Assembly (NCBI GenBank): GCA_946623825.1
Contig: CAMORN010000002.1
Span: 152,184 to 216,183 of the forward strand
DNA from: an uncultured Alphaproteobacteria bacterium
GTDB lineage: Bacteria; Pseudomonadota; Alphaproteobacteria; Rs-D84
Direction of reading: 5' to 3'
Length of the DNA stretch: 64,000 nucleotides
In this document: one piece after another, positions 8,975 to 18,368 of the stretch
Layout of the letters: the number at the start of each line of letters is the position of its first letter
Position numbering within the stretch: the first letter of the stretch is position 1
Notes under the pieces: generated by a model
What the model saw: the letters and a program-made list of their open reading frames with translations, nothing else
Databases searched by the model: none
Told to the model about the DNA's origin: nothing
Made by a program: the position numbers and the translations under genes

Positions 8975-10702
8975 ATGTCTTATCCAATAGAAACAATCCG
9001 TCATTCATTGGCTCATGTTATGGCGGCAGCAGTTCAAAAATTATACCCAGATGTAAAATTTGCTGGTGGTCCTGCAATTGAAAATGGTTTTTACTATGAT
9101 TTTGATACAGAACACAGATTCAGCGAAGAAGATTTTGCATCTATTGAAAAAGAAATGAAGGCTTTGATTAAATCAGATGGTCGTTTTGACAGACGCGAAA
9201 TCTCGTTGGAAGAAGCCAAAGAATTATTCAAAAACCAACCATATAAAATGGAATGGTTAAATGAATATGATGCAAAAGGTGAAGTATTATCAATTTATAC
9301 TTTCCGTGATTTTACAGACCTTTGTCGTGGTCCGCATGTTGCGTCCAGTAAAGATTTACCAAAAGATGGTTTCAAAATTCGTAATGTAGCAGGCGCATAT
9401 TGGAAGGGTGATAGCAAAAATAAAATGTTACAACGCATTTATGTTGATGCATTTGAAGATGCTGATAAATTAAATGCTTTCTTGAAAATGCAAGAAGAAG
9501 CAGCAGCACGTGATAATCGTAAATTGGGTAAAGATATGGATTTGTTCCATTTTGAACCTGAATTTGCACCGGGGGCTGTGTTCTGGCATGACAAGGGTTA
9601 TCGTATATATCGTAAATTGATTGAATATATGCGTTCTCGTCAAGATCGTGCGGGTTATTATGAAATTTCAACACCATCTGTAATGGACAGAAGTTTATGG
9701 GAAACATCTGGACATTGGGAAAAATATGGTGCGCATAATTATTCTGGTAAAACACAAGATGACCGTGTGTTCTGTATTAAACCTATGAATTGTCCGGGCA
9801 GTGTTTTAACATTTAAACAGGGAATACGTTCATACCGTGATTTGCCATTGCGTTTGGCAGAATTCGGTAAAGTGAACAGATATGAAGCATCTGGTTCTTT
9901 GATGGGGTTGTTGCGTGTTCGTGAATTTACCCAAGATGATGCGCATATTTATTGTACACCAGAACAAATGGAATCAGAATGCATAGACGCATTGAAATTC
10001 ATTTTGGATATTTATAAAAAATTTGGTTTTAATGAAGTTAAAATCTATCTGTCAACAAGACCTGAAAAACGTATCGGTTCAGATGAAATTTGGGATTTGT
10101 GCGAAAATGCGTTGGCTCATTCTTTGCAGGAACATGGTTATGCGTATGAAATCAATCCTGGTGAAGGTGCATTCTATGGACCAAAATTGGAATTTGTTTT
10201 GCGTGATGCATTGGGGCGTGAATGGCAATGTGGTACAATCCAAGTGGATATGAATTTGCCAGAACGTTTTGATGTTTCATACATTGGCGAAGATGGTGAA
10301 AAACATCGTCCAATCATGTTGCATCGTGCAATGTTGGGTTCTATCGAAAGATTTATTGGTGTATTACTTGAATCTACAGGTGGGGCATTACCATTGTGGT
10401 TATCACCAGAACCAGTTGTTGTTGTTCCGGTATCTGAAAAATACAAAGATTATGCAGACGAAGTTGTAAAATCTTTGCAACAAAACGGAATCAACGCACG
10501 TTCAGATTTAAGAGATGAAAAAGTGAACTATAAGGTTCGTGAATTATCTTTGGCAAAAACACCAATTATCGCTGTGGTTGGCGAAAAAGAAGTGGAATCT
10601 AAATCTGTAACATTGCGTTATCTGGGCAAAGAAGGTCAAGAAAACAAATCTTTGTCTGAATTTGTTGCATACATGGTTGATGCAATTAAGATGCCTTTGT
10701 AA
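8975..10702 (+). CDS. thrS: Threonine--tRNA ligase lacking the N-terminal TGS domain
   Basis: Begins in the editing domain (RHSLAHVMAAAV..GPAIENGFYYDFD). Class II motifs FRDFTDLCRGPH, RVREFTQDDAHIY and GEGAFYGPKLEF are present, as is the anticodon-binding C-terminus. 575 aa. Confidence 0.9.
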   Translation: MSYPIETIRHSLAHVMAAAVQKLYPDVKFAGGPAIENGFYYDFDTEHRFSEEDFASIEKEMKALIKSDGRFDRREISLEEAKELFKNQPYKMEWLNEYDAKGEVLSIYTFRDFTDLCRGPHVASSKDLPKDGFKIRNVAGAYWKGDSKNKMLQRIYVDAFEDADKLNAFLKMQEEAAARDNRKLGKDMDLFHFEPEFAPGAVFWHDKGYRIYRKLIEYMRSRQDRAGYYEISTPSVMDRSLWETSGHWEKYGAHNYSGKTQDDRVFCIKPMNCPGSVLTFKQGIRSYRDLPLRLAEFGKVNRYEASGSLMGLLRVREFTQDDAHIYCTPEQMESECIDALKFILDIYKKFGFNEVKIYLSTRPEKRIGSDEIWDLCENALAHSLQEHGYAYEINPGEGAFYGPKLEFVLRDALGREWQCGTIQVDMNLPERFDVSYIGEDGEKHRPIMLHRAMLGSIERFIGVLLESTGGALPLWLSPEPVVVVPVSEKYKDYADEVVKSLQQNGINARSDLRDEKVNYKVRELSLAKTPIIAVVGEKEVESKSVTLRYLGKEGQENKSLSEFVAYMVDAIKMPL

Positions 10703-10716
10703 TAGAAACAAAAGAG

Positions 10717-10750
10717 CAGGGTGTGATTTTATTCACACCCTGTTATTTAT
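10717..10750 (+). terminator. Intrinsic terminator after thrS
   Basis: cagggtgtga-ttttat-tcacaccctg 10-bp hairpin followed by a T-rich tract. Confidence 0.7.
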
Positions 10751-10764
10751 AAAAGGAAAGAAAG

Positions 10765-10908
10765 ATGAAAAGATTTTTATTATTGATTGCGTTAATTTGT
10801 GTTGGTTTTTCCGTTGCGGGTTGTGCGTGTAAATGCGAAAGTGAACCAACTGTTGAATCTAATCATAAATTGATTGTTCCACCTAATTTTGGAAATATGC
10901 CAAAATAA
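10765..10908 (+). CDS. Small lipoprotein (47 aa), not in the ORF track
   Basis: Own translation: MKRFLLLIALICVGFSVAGCACKCESEPTVESNHKLIVPPNFGNMPK*. Classic lipobox VAGC. SD aaggaaag. Confidence 0.55.
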   Translation: MKRFLLLIALICVGFSVAGCACKCESEPTVESNHKLIVPPNFGNMPK

Positions 10909-10967
10909 TTTGGTTATTGCGTTTTTTTGTGATATAATATCAACATAATCAAATATGGGGGGATATT

Positions 10968-11729
10968 ATGGACCAAGAAAATTTAGATTTATTAGATTTA
11001 GGTGAAGAAAACGAAGAAGTTGATACTTTGCCAGAGGCAACACCTTTTTCAGCACCACGTCCAAAAAGACCGTGGTTATTAATGGGGTTGGGTTTTGCTG
11101 TAATCGTTTTATCTACATGGATAATTGTTTCAAGAATTGGTTCTGATTCTGGTACAACAGTCAGTGTCAATTTAGATACACCGGTTGTCAGCGAAGAAGT
11201 AAAAAATGATAATGTTGCAGATTTAAAGGTTCCTGAAAAACCAGTGACTGCGCCTGTTGAAAAGGTTGCAGAAAAACCTGCACCTGCAAAGGAAGTTGCA
11301 CCTGTTGAAAAGCCTGTTGAAAATGATGGTACACCGATTCGTGTTGTAGAAGACAGAAAAGAGGTTGTATTTAATCCAGACAAGGCACCAGTTGCGAAAC
11401 CTGCGCCTGTTGTACAAAAAGCAAAACCAGCTGCATCTAAACCAGCTGCAATAAAACCTGCACAGAAAACACCTGTTACAACCGCAAATGGCAGCATATA
11501 TGTTCAATTTGGTTCTTACAGTACGAGAGCTTTGGCTCAGGCTGCAGAACAAAAGATGCGCGCATCTCATGCTAGTTTATTCGGCGGAAAACAATTTGTA
11601 ATCTTGGCAGCCCAAGTGAAAGGTCAAACAATATACAGATTGCGTGTACCATTCCATTCATCAAACGATGCAAACGGATTTTGTAGAAACGCAAAATCAG
11701 ACGGGCTTGATTGTTATGTAACAAAATAA
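10968..11729 (+). CDS. SPOR domain-containing protein (Pro/Ala/Lys-rich linker)
   Basis: One TM segment, PAPAKEVAPVEKPVE-type repeats and a C-terminal SPOR-like YVQFGSYSTRALAQAAEQKM...YRLRVPF..ANGFCRNAK. Confidence 0.7.
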   Translation: MDQENLDLLDLGEENEEVDTLPEATPFSAPRPKRPWLLMGLGFAVIVLSTWIIVSRIGSDSGTTVSVNLDTPVVSEEVKNDNVADLKVPEKPVTAPVEKVAEKPAPAKEVAPVEKPVENDGTPIRVVEDRKEVVFNPDKAPVAKPAPVVQKAKPAASKPAAIKPAQKTPVTTANGSIYVQFGSYSTRALAQAAEQKMRASHASLFGGKQFVILAAQVKGQTIYRLRVPFHSSNDANGFCRNAKSDGLDCYVTK

Positions 11730-11743
11730 TAAAAGGATAAAAA

Positions 11744-11914
11744 ATGAGATTTGGAATTTGGGAAATTCTTTTAATTGCTTTGTTGGTTGTGATTCTTTTT
11801 GGTGGGGCAAAAAAGCTTCCTGAATTTGCAAAAAGTATTGCTGAAGCAATAAATGTTTTCAAATCAGAAGATAAAAAATCTGCTAAGAAAACAGTTAAAA
11901 AGAAATCTAAATAA
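11744..11914 (+). CDS. tatA: Sec-independent translocase TatA/E (56 aa), not in the ORF track
   Basis: Own translation: MRFGIWEILLIALLVVILFGGAKKLPEFAKSIAEAINVFKSEDKKSAKKTVKKKSK*. TM segment followed by the FG hinge and an amphipathic helix. Confidence 0.8.
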   Translation: MRFGIWEILLIALLVVILFGGAKKLPEFAKSIAEAINVFKSEDKKSAKKTVKKKSK

Positions 11915-11920
11915 TAACAA

Positions 11921-11956
11921 AAAAATAACCACCGTTTTTCAGGTGGTTATTTTTTT
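11921..11956. terminator. Bidirectional terminator between tatA and dksA
   Basis: aaccacc-gtttttca-ggtggtt hairpin with an A-run 5' and a T-run 3'. Confidence 0.7.
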
Positions 11957-12389
11957 AGTCTTGTTTACGCTGTTCGTATTCTTCTTGTTCTTCGACAGTC
12001 ATTGTTGCCAATGGACGAGCCAACATTCTTTGTAATCCAATTTCATCACCAGAAATAATGCTGTATCCAAATGTACCTTCTTCAATGCGTTCAATTGCAG
12101 CATTTATTTTTTGTAATAAATTGTTATTACGTTCAGACATACGCAAATTCATTGTAATTTCTTGTTCTGCGGTTGCTTGGTCTTGTTCGTCGCCAACACC
12201 GGCTGCATCATTTTTTTCCGCCAAACGCACATCATTCAATACAGCGTTACGATCGCTGAGCAATTCTTCGCGTTGTGTTGATAATATCTTATAAAAATAT
12301 GCCAATTGTTCAGGGCACATATAAGGTTCTGATTTTTTTGGAACATATTTATCGTTCAAGACAATATTTTTAAAATTCTTTTTTGCCAT
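11955..12389 (-). CDS. dksA: DksA-family RNAP-binding regulator, Cys-free zinc-finger region
   Basis: Coiled-coil tip DEQDQAT (DxxDxA). The C-terminal GTFGYSIISGDEIGLQRMLARPLATMTVEE aligns to E. coli GYCESCGVEIG..ADLCIDC with all 4 Cys replaced. Confidence 0.75.
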   Translation of the reverse strand: MAKKNFKNIVLNDKYVPKKSEPYMCPEQLAYFYKILSTQREELLSDRNAVLNDVRLAEKNDAAGVGDEQDQATAEQEITMNLRMSERNNNLLQKINAAIERIEEGTFGYSIISGDEIGLQRMLARPLATMTVEEQEEYEQRKQD

Positions 12390-12390
12390 T

Positions 12391-12711
12391 TTATGATGCC
12401 TTTAATTCATTTATCCATTGAATAACAGTTTCTTCGTCCATTAATCCGGTACGAGCTTCTTTCAATTCGCCGTTCACGAAAGCAAGTATGCTTGGGATAC
12501 TGCGAATACCAAATTTAGCAGGTGTTTTTCGGTTCACGTCATCTATTTCAAATTTTACGAAATTTACATCTTTAACAGTTTCTGATACAGATTCAAATAT
12601 TGGACCAAACATCTGGCAAGGACCACACCATGCCGCCCAGAAATCGACCAATGTTATACCGTCAGAAATCATGGAATCAAATGTTTCGTCGTTTGCGTGT
12701 TGTAAAGCCAT
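12391..12711 (-). CDS. trxA: Thioredoxin
   Basis: WAAWCGPCQMF active site, 106 aa. Confidence 0.9.
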   Translation of the reverse strand: MALQHANDETFDSMISDGITLVDFWAAWCGPCQMFGPIFESVSETVKDVNFVKFEIDDVNRKTPAKFGIRSIPSILAFVNGELKEARTGLMDEETVIQWINELKAS

Positions 12712-12784
12712 TTTTTTCTCCTTCTGTTGTTGATATTTTGTAAGAGTTTATTATAATCATAGCAAAAATCAAGAGAAAAACGAC

Positions 12785-13909
12785 ATGAAAAAATTCGTTT
12801 ATATGGACGCAAGTGCAAGTTGGCTGAAATCTCAATCTGTGATAGAATCAGAGATTGATTTTCTGACGAATTCTTATGCTAATTCTGGTCGTGGCGTGTG
12901 TGCCAGAGCGGGGGCTGTTGATAAAAAAATTATGGATGCCAGAAAAACGGTTGCCGAATTTATAAATGCAGAACCGAATCAAATCGTTTTTACATCTGGT
13001 GCGACAGATTCATTGAATCGTGTTGTTAATATCTTGGTTGCTCAGCCATGGTATGATAAAAATTCAACATTTGCAGTGTCAGATTTAGACCATCACAGTG
13101 CCAGATTGCCATGGGAAAATTTATTGCATAAAGGTAAAATTCACCAAGAATTTGTGTGTGAATTAGATGAAAATTTCAATATAAAAATAGATTCTGTCCC
13201 AAAGGTTGATTTTTTAATTATAACTGCAATGTCAAATGTTTTGGGTAATAAACAAAATGTAAAAGAAATTATACGCGTTGCGCGTGAAAAAAATCCGAAT
13301 GTTATAACCATTGTTGATGCGGCGCAATATGTTGCACACGATAAAATAGATGTAAAAGATTGGGGTTGTGATTTCTTGTGTTTTTCAGGACATAAAATTG
13401 GTTCTGATACCGGTGTTGGGGTTTTATATATCAAGGACGCTGATAAATATTATCCAGAAAAATTTGGTGGTGGTATGGTAAGCAAGGTTATCGGTGGCGA
13501 AGAATCTCGCTGGATACTGAATTCATCACCTGAAAAATTTGAAGCGGGGACATTGCCTTTGACCCAGATAATTGGGTTGGATACCGCAATCAAAGAATTA
13601 AAAAATTGGAATGGTAATAAAGATTTGATAAATTATATGTATCAAGAATTAGAAAAAATTGATTCTGTAAAATTGTTAACAAAACCAGATGCACCGATTA
13701 TAAGTTTTGTGTTGGATAATATGCATGTTCTTGATTTTGGTGCGTTAATGGGGGTTCATGATATCTGTATTCGTGTTGGAAATATGTGCGCAAGTTGGAT
13801 ACATAAAAAATTAAATATAGATGGTTCAATTCGTATATCTGTTGGTCCATGGAATACGATGAATGACGCAAAATATGTGATTGAAACAATAAAAGGTATT
13901 ATAAAATAA
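12785..13909 (+). CDS. sufS: Cysteine desulfurase (SufS/class V aminotransferase-like, short)
   Basis: PLP-lysine context FSGHKIGSDTGVG and catalytic Cys context RVGNMCA. Followed by DUF59 and sufE-like genes. Confidence 0.7.
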   Translation: MKKFVYMDASASWLKSQSVIESEIDFLTNSYANSGRGVCARAGAVDKKIMDARKTVAEFINAEPNQIVFTSGATDSLNRVVNILVAQPWYDKNSTFAVSDLDHHSARLPWENLLHKGKIHQEFVCELDENFNIKIDSVPKVDFLIITAMSNVLGNKQNVKEIIRVAREKNPNVITIVDAAQYVAHDKIDVKDWGCDFLCFSGHKIGSDTGVGVLYIKDADKYYPEKFGGGMVSKVIGGEESRWILNSSPEKFEAGTLPLTQIIGLDTAIKELKNWNGNKDLINYMYQELEKIDSVKLLTKPDAPIISFVLDNMHVLDFGALMGVHDICIRVGNMCASWIHKKLNIDGSIRISVGPWNTMNDAKYVIETIKGIIK

Positions 13910-13910
13910 A

Positions 13911-14225
13911 ATGTCTGATATTCGTGAAAATATTATTGCTGAAATCAAGAAAGTATATGATCCTGAAATACCTGTAAATATTTGGGATTTGGGCTTGATT
14001 TATAATATTGATATTCAACAAGACAAGGTTGTGATAGAGATGACTTTTACAAGTCCAACTTGCCCGATGATGGAAGATATTTTAAACCAAGTTAAAACAA
14101 ATGTAGAATCTGTTGTTAATGATAAAACCGTTGAAATGAAATTGGTTTGGGAACCAATATGGGATTTGTCTCGTATGTCGGACGAGGCACGTGCCCAATT
14201 AGATTTAACAGAACAAGGGTGGTAG
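13911..14225 (+). CDS. DUF59 / SufT-like Fe-S assembly protein
   Basis: YDPEIPVNIWDLGLIY and TSPTCP motifs, 104 aa. Confidence 0.7.
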   Translation: MSDIRENIIAEIKKVYDPEIPVNIWDLGLIYNIDIQQDKVVIEMTFTSPTCPMMEDILNQVKTNVESVVNDKTVEMKLVWEPIWDLSRMSDEARAQLDLTEQGW

Positions 14226-14228
14226 GCA

Positions 14229-14591
14229 ATGACTTTCCAAGAAATACAAAATGCTTTTGGGTTATGTGAAGACGATGTTTCAAAACTTGAAATGGTTATG
14301 GACATCGGAAAAACTTTGCAGGAAATACCTGAAAAAGCAGAATGTAATGAAATATTAGGCTGTACTTCTTTTGTAAAAATTTGCAGATATGAAAATAAAT
14401 TTTATGGTTATGCTGATTCTGGTATGGTGCGTGGTATTGTAGCAATAATATTGGCTATGGTTGATGGTAAAACAATTGAAGAAATCAAAAAAATGGATTT
14501 AGCAGACGAATTTGCAAAATTGCATCTTAATTTTGGAGCGTCCAGATTAAATGGTATTCAATCTATGATTAATTTTTTTAAAAATTTATGA
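14229..14591 (+). CDS. sufE: SufE-like sulfur acceptor
   Basis: ILGCTSFVKI persulfide-Cys motif, 120 aa, directly after sufS/DUF59. Confidence 0.65.
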   Translation: MTFQEIQNAFGLCEDDVSKLEMVMDIGKTLQEIPEKAECNEILGCTSFVKICRYENKFYGYADSGMVRGIVAIILAMVDGKTIEEIKKMDLADEFAKLHLNFGASRLNGIQSMINFFKNL

Positions 14592-14620
14592 TAAGATTAT
14601 AAGGACAGAGGGGATGTGTC

Positions 14621-14911
14621 ATGCAAGATGATGAAAAAATGTTTAATATTGGTTGGATTACACTTGTTGCGGTATTTTGTTTAACGGCTTTCTTACAGGT
14701 TTGTTATCGTGAACAAAATAAAAATATGAGAGATGTTCGCAATGCAATTGAAAATACTAAACATGAACTTGAAATTGCAGAAACAAAATTTTCTACATTA
14801 TCTTCATCTGATTCATTAAGAAATTCAGTTGTTGGGATTAATTCAAAGGCAACAGTTGTGTCTTTCAGTAAAACCGTTCATATAGACGAAATACCAATGG
14901 TGCAAGAATAA
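14621..14911 (+). CDS. ftsL: FtsL-like cell-division protein
   Basis: 96 aa with a single TM segment and a coiled coil. Its stop overlaps the ftsI start. Confidence 0.55.
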   Translation: MQDDEKMFNIGWITLVAVFCLTAFLQVCYREQNKNMRDVRNAIENTKHELEIAETKFSTLSSSDSLRNSVVGINSKATVVSFSKTVHIDEIPMVQE

Positions 14912-16569
14912 TGAATTTTATTGTCGGCAAAGATGTTTTACCACACGAATATAGCGGTTGTGTTTACAACAGCAACAGTGCTAAGCGCTTAATGGTGTTA
15001 AAAAAGGTTGCTTTTTGGTTGTTTATTGTGTTTGGACTGCGTACTTTGCAATTGGCATTAGAACCAAGTGAATATATTCATCATGGATTGAAAAATAACA
15101 ACATTGAAAGACGCGCTGACATCGTTGATAGAAATGGTGTTGTTCTTGCTAAAAGTGTAAAATCTGGAAATATCAAATTATATCCACCAAAGGTCAAAGA
15201 AAAAGATAAAAATGCTGTGGCTAAGGCTATCAGTGATATTGTACCAATGGAATACAGTTTTGCGGATGCGCTGGCCGTTATTAATTCTGGAAAAAGTGGT
15301 GTATATATAAAAATGCGCGCCAGTGAAGACCAAATAAATAAATTTCGTACAGAACACAGAAAATACGATTGTTTTGAAATAGAACAATATACAATTCGCA
15401 GATACCCGCAAAAAAATATTTTTGCACATGTTGTTGGATTTTCCGGTAAAGATGAGGGGTTGGAAGGTGTTGAAAAAACATTTAATAAATATCTTACTGA
15501 AAATAATGATCCATTAAAATTATCTATTGATGCCAGAGTTCAAAACATATTCCATGAAAAATTATCTATCGCTATGAATAAATTTAGTGCCAAGGGTGCG
15601 TTGGGTATGATGATGAAGGCCAGTACCGGTGAAATGATAGCGATGGTTCAATTGCCTGATTATGACCCAAATAATATTAATTCTTCTTCTGTAGAGGTTC
15701 GTCGTTCAAAATTATTGCGTGATAATTTTGAAATGGGTTCAGTATTCAAGATATTTAATACTGCAATGGCATATGAAAATGGGCTGGAAAATAATGTGTA
15801 TGATGTTTCTAAACCTTTCCCAATCAAAGATAAATACAATCGTGTTGTACACAATATTAAAGATATAGACAGTTTTTATCGTGATATAAAAAAGGGTAAG
15901 AAAAAAGCCAGAATGTCTGTGCCAGAAATTATGTTGCATTCTTGCAACACGGGCAGTGCGCAATTGGCGCTCGATTTTCCAGAAAATACCCAGAAAGAAT
16001 TTTTTAACAGAATACATTTTAATCAATCTGTGAAATTTGATTTTGGAAAAACAGAAACAGCAATAACACAACATCGTTGGGGGCCAACCGAAAAAGCAAC
16101 TGCGTCTTTTGGACATGGGGTATCGGTTACACCTATGCATTTGTTGTTGGCTGTAAACGCAATGACAAATGGTGGCTTTTATGTGTATCCGACATTGTTA
16201 AAACGCGGTATTGGTGCGGTAAAAGGTGAAAAAGTTCTCGATTCAGAAATATCCGAAAAATTAAGGGGTATAATGTACCGTGTTGCCGAAGAAACAACCG
16301 CACAGAAAGCACGTGTTGCGGGCATCAAAGTTGGTGGAAAAACAGGAACTGCAGAAAAAAGACACAGGGACGGAACAATAGATAAAAACAGAAATTCAAC
16401 CGTTTTTGTCGGTGTTTTCCCAGTTGAAGCACCACAATATATAATTATGATTATGTTGGACGAACCACACGGAACGACAGAGACCGGTGGGTGGAAAACT
16501 GCATCTTGGAATGCGGTGCCAACAGCGGGCGCTATATTAAATGAAATCATGCCGTTGCTATTTGAATAA
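14911..16569 (+). CDS. ftsI: Peptidoglycan D,D-transpeptidase FtsI (PBP3)
   Basis: SxxK (GSVFK), SxN (HSCN) and KTG (GGKTGTA) motifs, with an N-terminal TM segment. Confidence 0.85.
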   Translation: MNFIVGKDVLPHEYSGCVYNSNSAKRLMVLKKVAFWLFIVFGLRTLQLALEPSEYIHHGLKNNNIERRADIVDRNGVVLAKSVKSGNIKLYPPKVKEKDKNAVAKAISDIVPMEYSFADALAVINSGKSGVYIKMRASEDQINKFRTEHRKYDCFEIEQYTIRRYPQKNIFAHVVGFSGKDEGLEGVEKTFNKYLTENNDPLKLSIDARVQNIFHEKLSIAMNKFSAKGALGMMMKASTGEMIAMVQLPDYDPNNINSSSVEVRRSKLLRDNFEMGSVFKIFNTAMAYENGLENNVYDVSKPFPIKDKYNRVVHNIKDIDSFYRDIKKGKKKARMSVPEIMLHSCNTGSAQLALDFPENTQKEFFNRIHFNQSVKFDFGKTETAITQHRWGPTEKATASFGHGVSVTPMHLLLAVNAMTNGGFYVYPTLLKRGIGAVKGEKVLDSEISEKLRGIMYRVAEETTAQKARVAGIKVGGKTGTAEKRHRDGTIDKNRNSTVFVGVFPVEAPQYIIMIMLDEPHGTTETGGWKTASWNAVPTAGAILNEIMPLLFE

Positions 16570-16613
16570 ATTTAGATTATAATCATCAGTGATAATAAAA
16601 AAAGAGTGATAGC

Positions 16614-18368
16614 GTGCGTAGAATAGTTGAAAAATCCATGCTGGGAAATGCATGGACTGTGTTGGATGATAATATTGATGGCAAAATTGCTACAGATACA
16701 CAGACATTAATAGAAAATATTTTAAAGAAACGTGGCATAGAAGGGGATGAAAAAGTTGAAAAATTTTTACATCCGTCTATCAAAAATTATATGCCAGACC
16801 CTTTCGTTTTGAAAGATATGGAACGTGCAATAAATGTAATTGCAGATTCAATTTGCAATGGTGAAAAAATCGCTATATATGGTGATTATGATGTTGATGG
16901 AATTACATCTACTGCTGTTCTTGTAAAATATCTTAAAGCGATAAATGTCGATGTTTCTTCCCATTTGCCGACACGCGAAGGTGAAGGATACGGTCTTAAT
17001 ATTCCTGCTATTGAACAGATTATAGAAAGCGGTGTAAAATTAATGATAACTGTTGATTGCGGAATCAGCGGTGTCAAAGAAGTTGCTTTTGCAAAAGAAC
17101 ATGGATTAAAAGTGGTTATAACAGACCATCATATTCCAGATCGTGTTTTGCCAGATGCAGATGCGGTTGTGAACCCAAAAAGAGAAGATGATACATCTGG
17201 ATTAACATATCTTGCGGGTGTTGGTGTTGCGTTCTTTACATTGGTGGCTTTAAATCGTGAATTAAGAAACAGACATTTTCTGAAAGAAGAAATTAATTTG
17301 ATGGATTATGTCGATTTTGTCGCATTGGGAACTGTTTGTGATACAATGCCTTTGATTGAATTAAACAGGGCTTTTGTTGCGTCTGGGTTAAAGGTGTTAA
17401 ATAAAAAACAAAATGTCGGTCTTAAAGTATTAATTGAAACCATAAAAACAAATAAAAAACAATGTAATGTGACGGCATATGATATTGGTTTTGGTATTGG
17501 CCCAAGGTTAAATGCTGCGGGGCGTCTTGATTCTGCTGTCCCTGCGTTGAATTTGTTGCTGGCTGATAATGAATCAGAAGCATACGGGTTGGTACAAATT
17601 TTAAATGATATGAACCAACAAAGAATAAATCAGCAAGAAGTTGTTATGCGAGAAGCCATAGAACAATCACAACAATATATCAAGGCTGGTAAAAAAAGTT
17701 TGTTTGTTTGTGGCGATAATTGGCATGGTGGTGTTATGGGGATTATAGCAGGCAGATTGAAAGAAAAAAATCATATACCAACATGTGTCGCAACAAAAAA
17801 AGACGGAATTATAAATGGTTCTGGACGCTCGGTGAATAATGTTGATTTGGGTAAAATAATTCATGAAGCTTTATCTTTGGGTATTTTATCAGAGGGTGGC
17901 GGGCATGCTGCGGCTGCTGGATTTACATTAAGCGCAGACAAAGAACAAGAATTCAGAGATTTCTTTGAAAAGTCCGTTAATGAACAATTAAACGGTGAAA
18001 TGCCACAACCAGAGATATATGTTGATATGGAAATGGATGCCCGTGGTGCAACATTAGATTTGGTTGAAAATTTATCACAATTGGCACCATTTGGACAGGG
18101 AAACCAAGAACCTGTGTTCGTTCTGTATGGGGCAACACTTAAATATGCAACACAAATGGGAACTGATCATGTGCGTGGTACACTGACGACTTCTTTGGGT
18201 GTTTTAGATTTTGTAGGTTTTAATTTAATTAAAACACCAATTTATGATTTTTTATTGGATGATGCAAATAATAATCGTCCAATAAAAATATTGTGCAAAA
18301 TAAAAGAAAACGAATATAATAACCATAAAAAAACACAATTGGTATTGGAAGATATTGCTGATGAATAA
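16614..18368 (+). CDS. recJ: Single-stranded-DNA-specific exonuclease RecJ
   Basis: DHH motifs IAIYGDYDVDGITS, TVDCG and ITDHH, plus DHHA1 GGGHAAAAG. GTG start, exact start uncertain. Confidence 0.85.
   Translation: MRRIVEKSMLGNAWTVLDDNIDGKIATDTQTLIENILKKRGIEGDEKVEKFLHPSIKNYMPDPFVLKDMERAINVIADSICNGEKIAIYGDYDVDGITSTAVLVKYLKAINVDVSSHLPTREGEGYGLNIPAIEQIIESGVKLMITVDCGISGVKEVAFAKEHGLKVVITDHHIPDRVLPDADAVVNPKREDDTSGLTYLAGVGVAFFTLVALNRELRNRHFLKEEINLMDYVDFVALGTVCDTMPLIELNRAFVASGLKVLNKKQNVGLKVLIETIKTNKKQCNVTAYDIGFGIGPRLNAAGRLDSAVPALNLLLADNESEAYGLVQILNDMNQQRINQQEVVMREAIEQSQQYIKAGKKSLFVCGDNWHGGVMGIIAGRLKEKNHIPTCVATKKDGIINGSGRSVNNVDLGKIIHEALSLGILSEGGGHAAAAGFTLSADKEQEFRDFFEKSVNEQLNGEMPQPEIYVDMEMDARGATLDLVENLSQLAPFGQGNQEPVFVLYGATLKYATQMGTDHVRGTLTTSLGVLDFVGFNLIKTPIYDFLLDDANNNRPIKILCKIKENEYNNHKKTQLVLEDIADE

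Noticed and set aside
10949-11497. 182-aa ORF antisense to the SPOR-domain gene.
   Set aside because: It is the low-complexity Gly/Ala/Ser/Thr/Phe translation of the complement of a Pro/Ala/Lys-rich repeat region. It has no SD, and the sense strand carries a recognisable SPOR domain.
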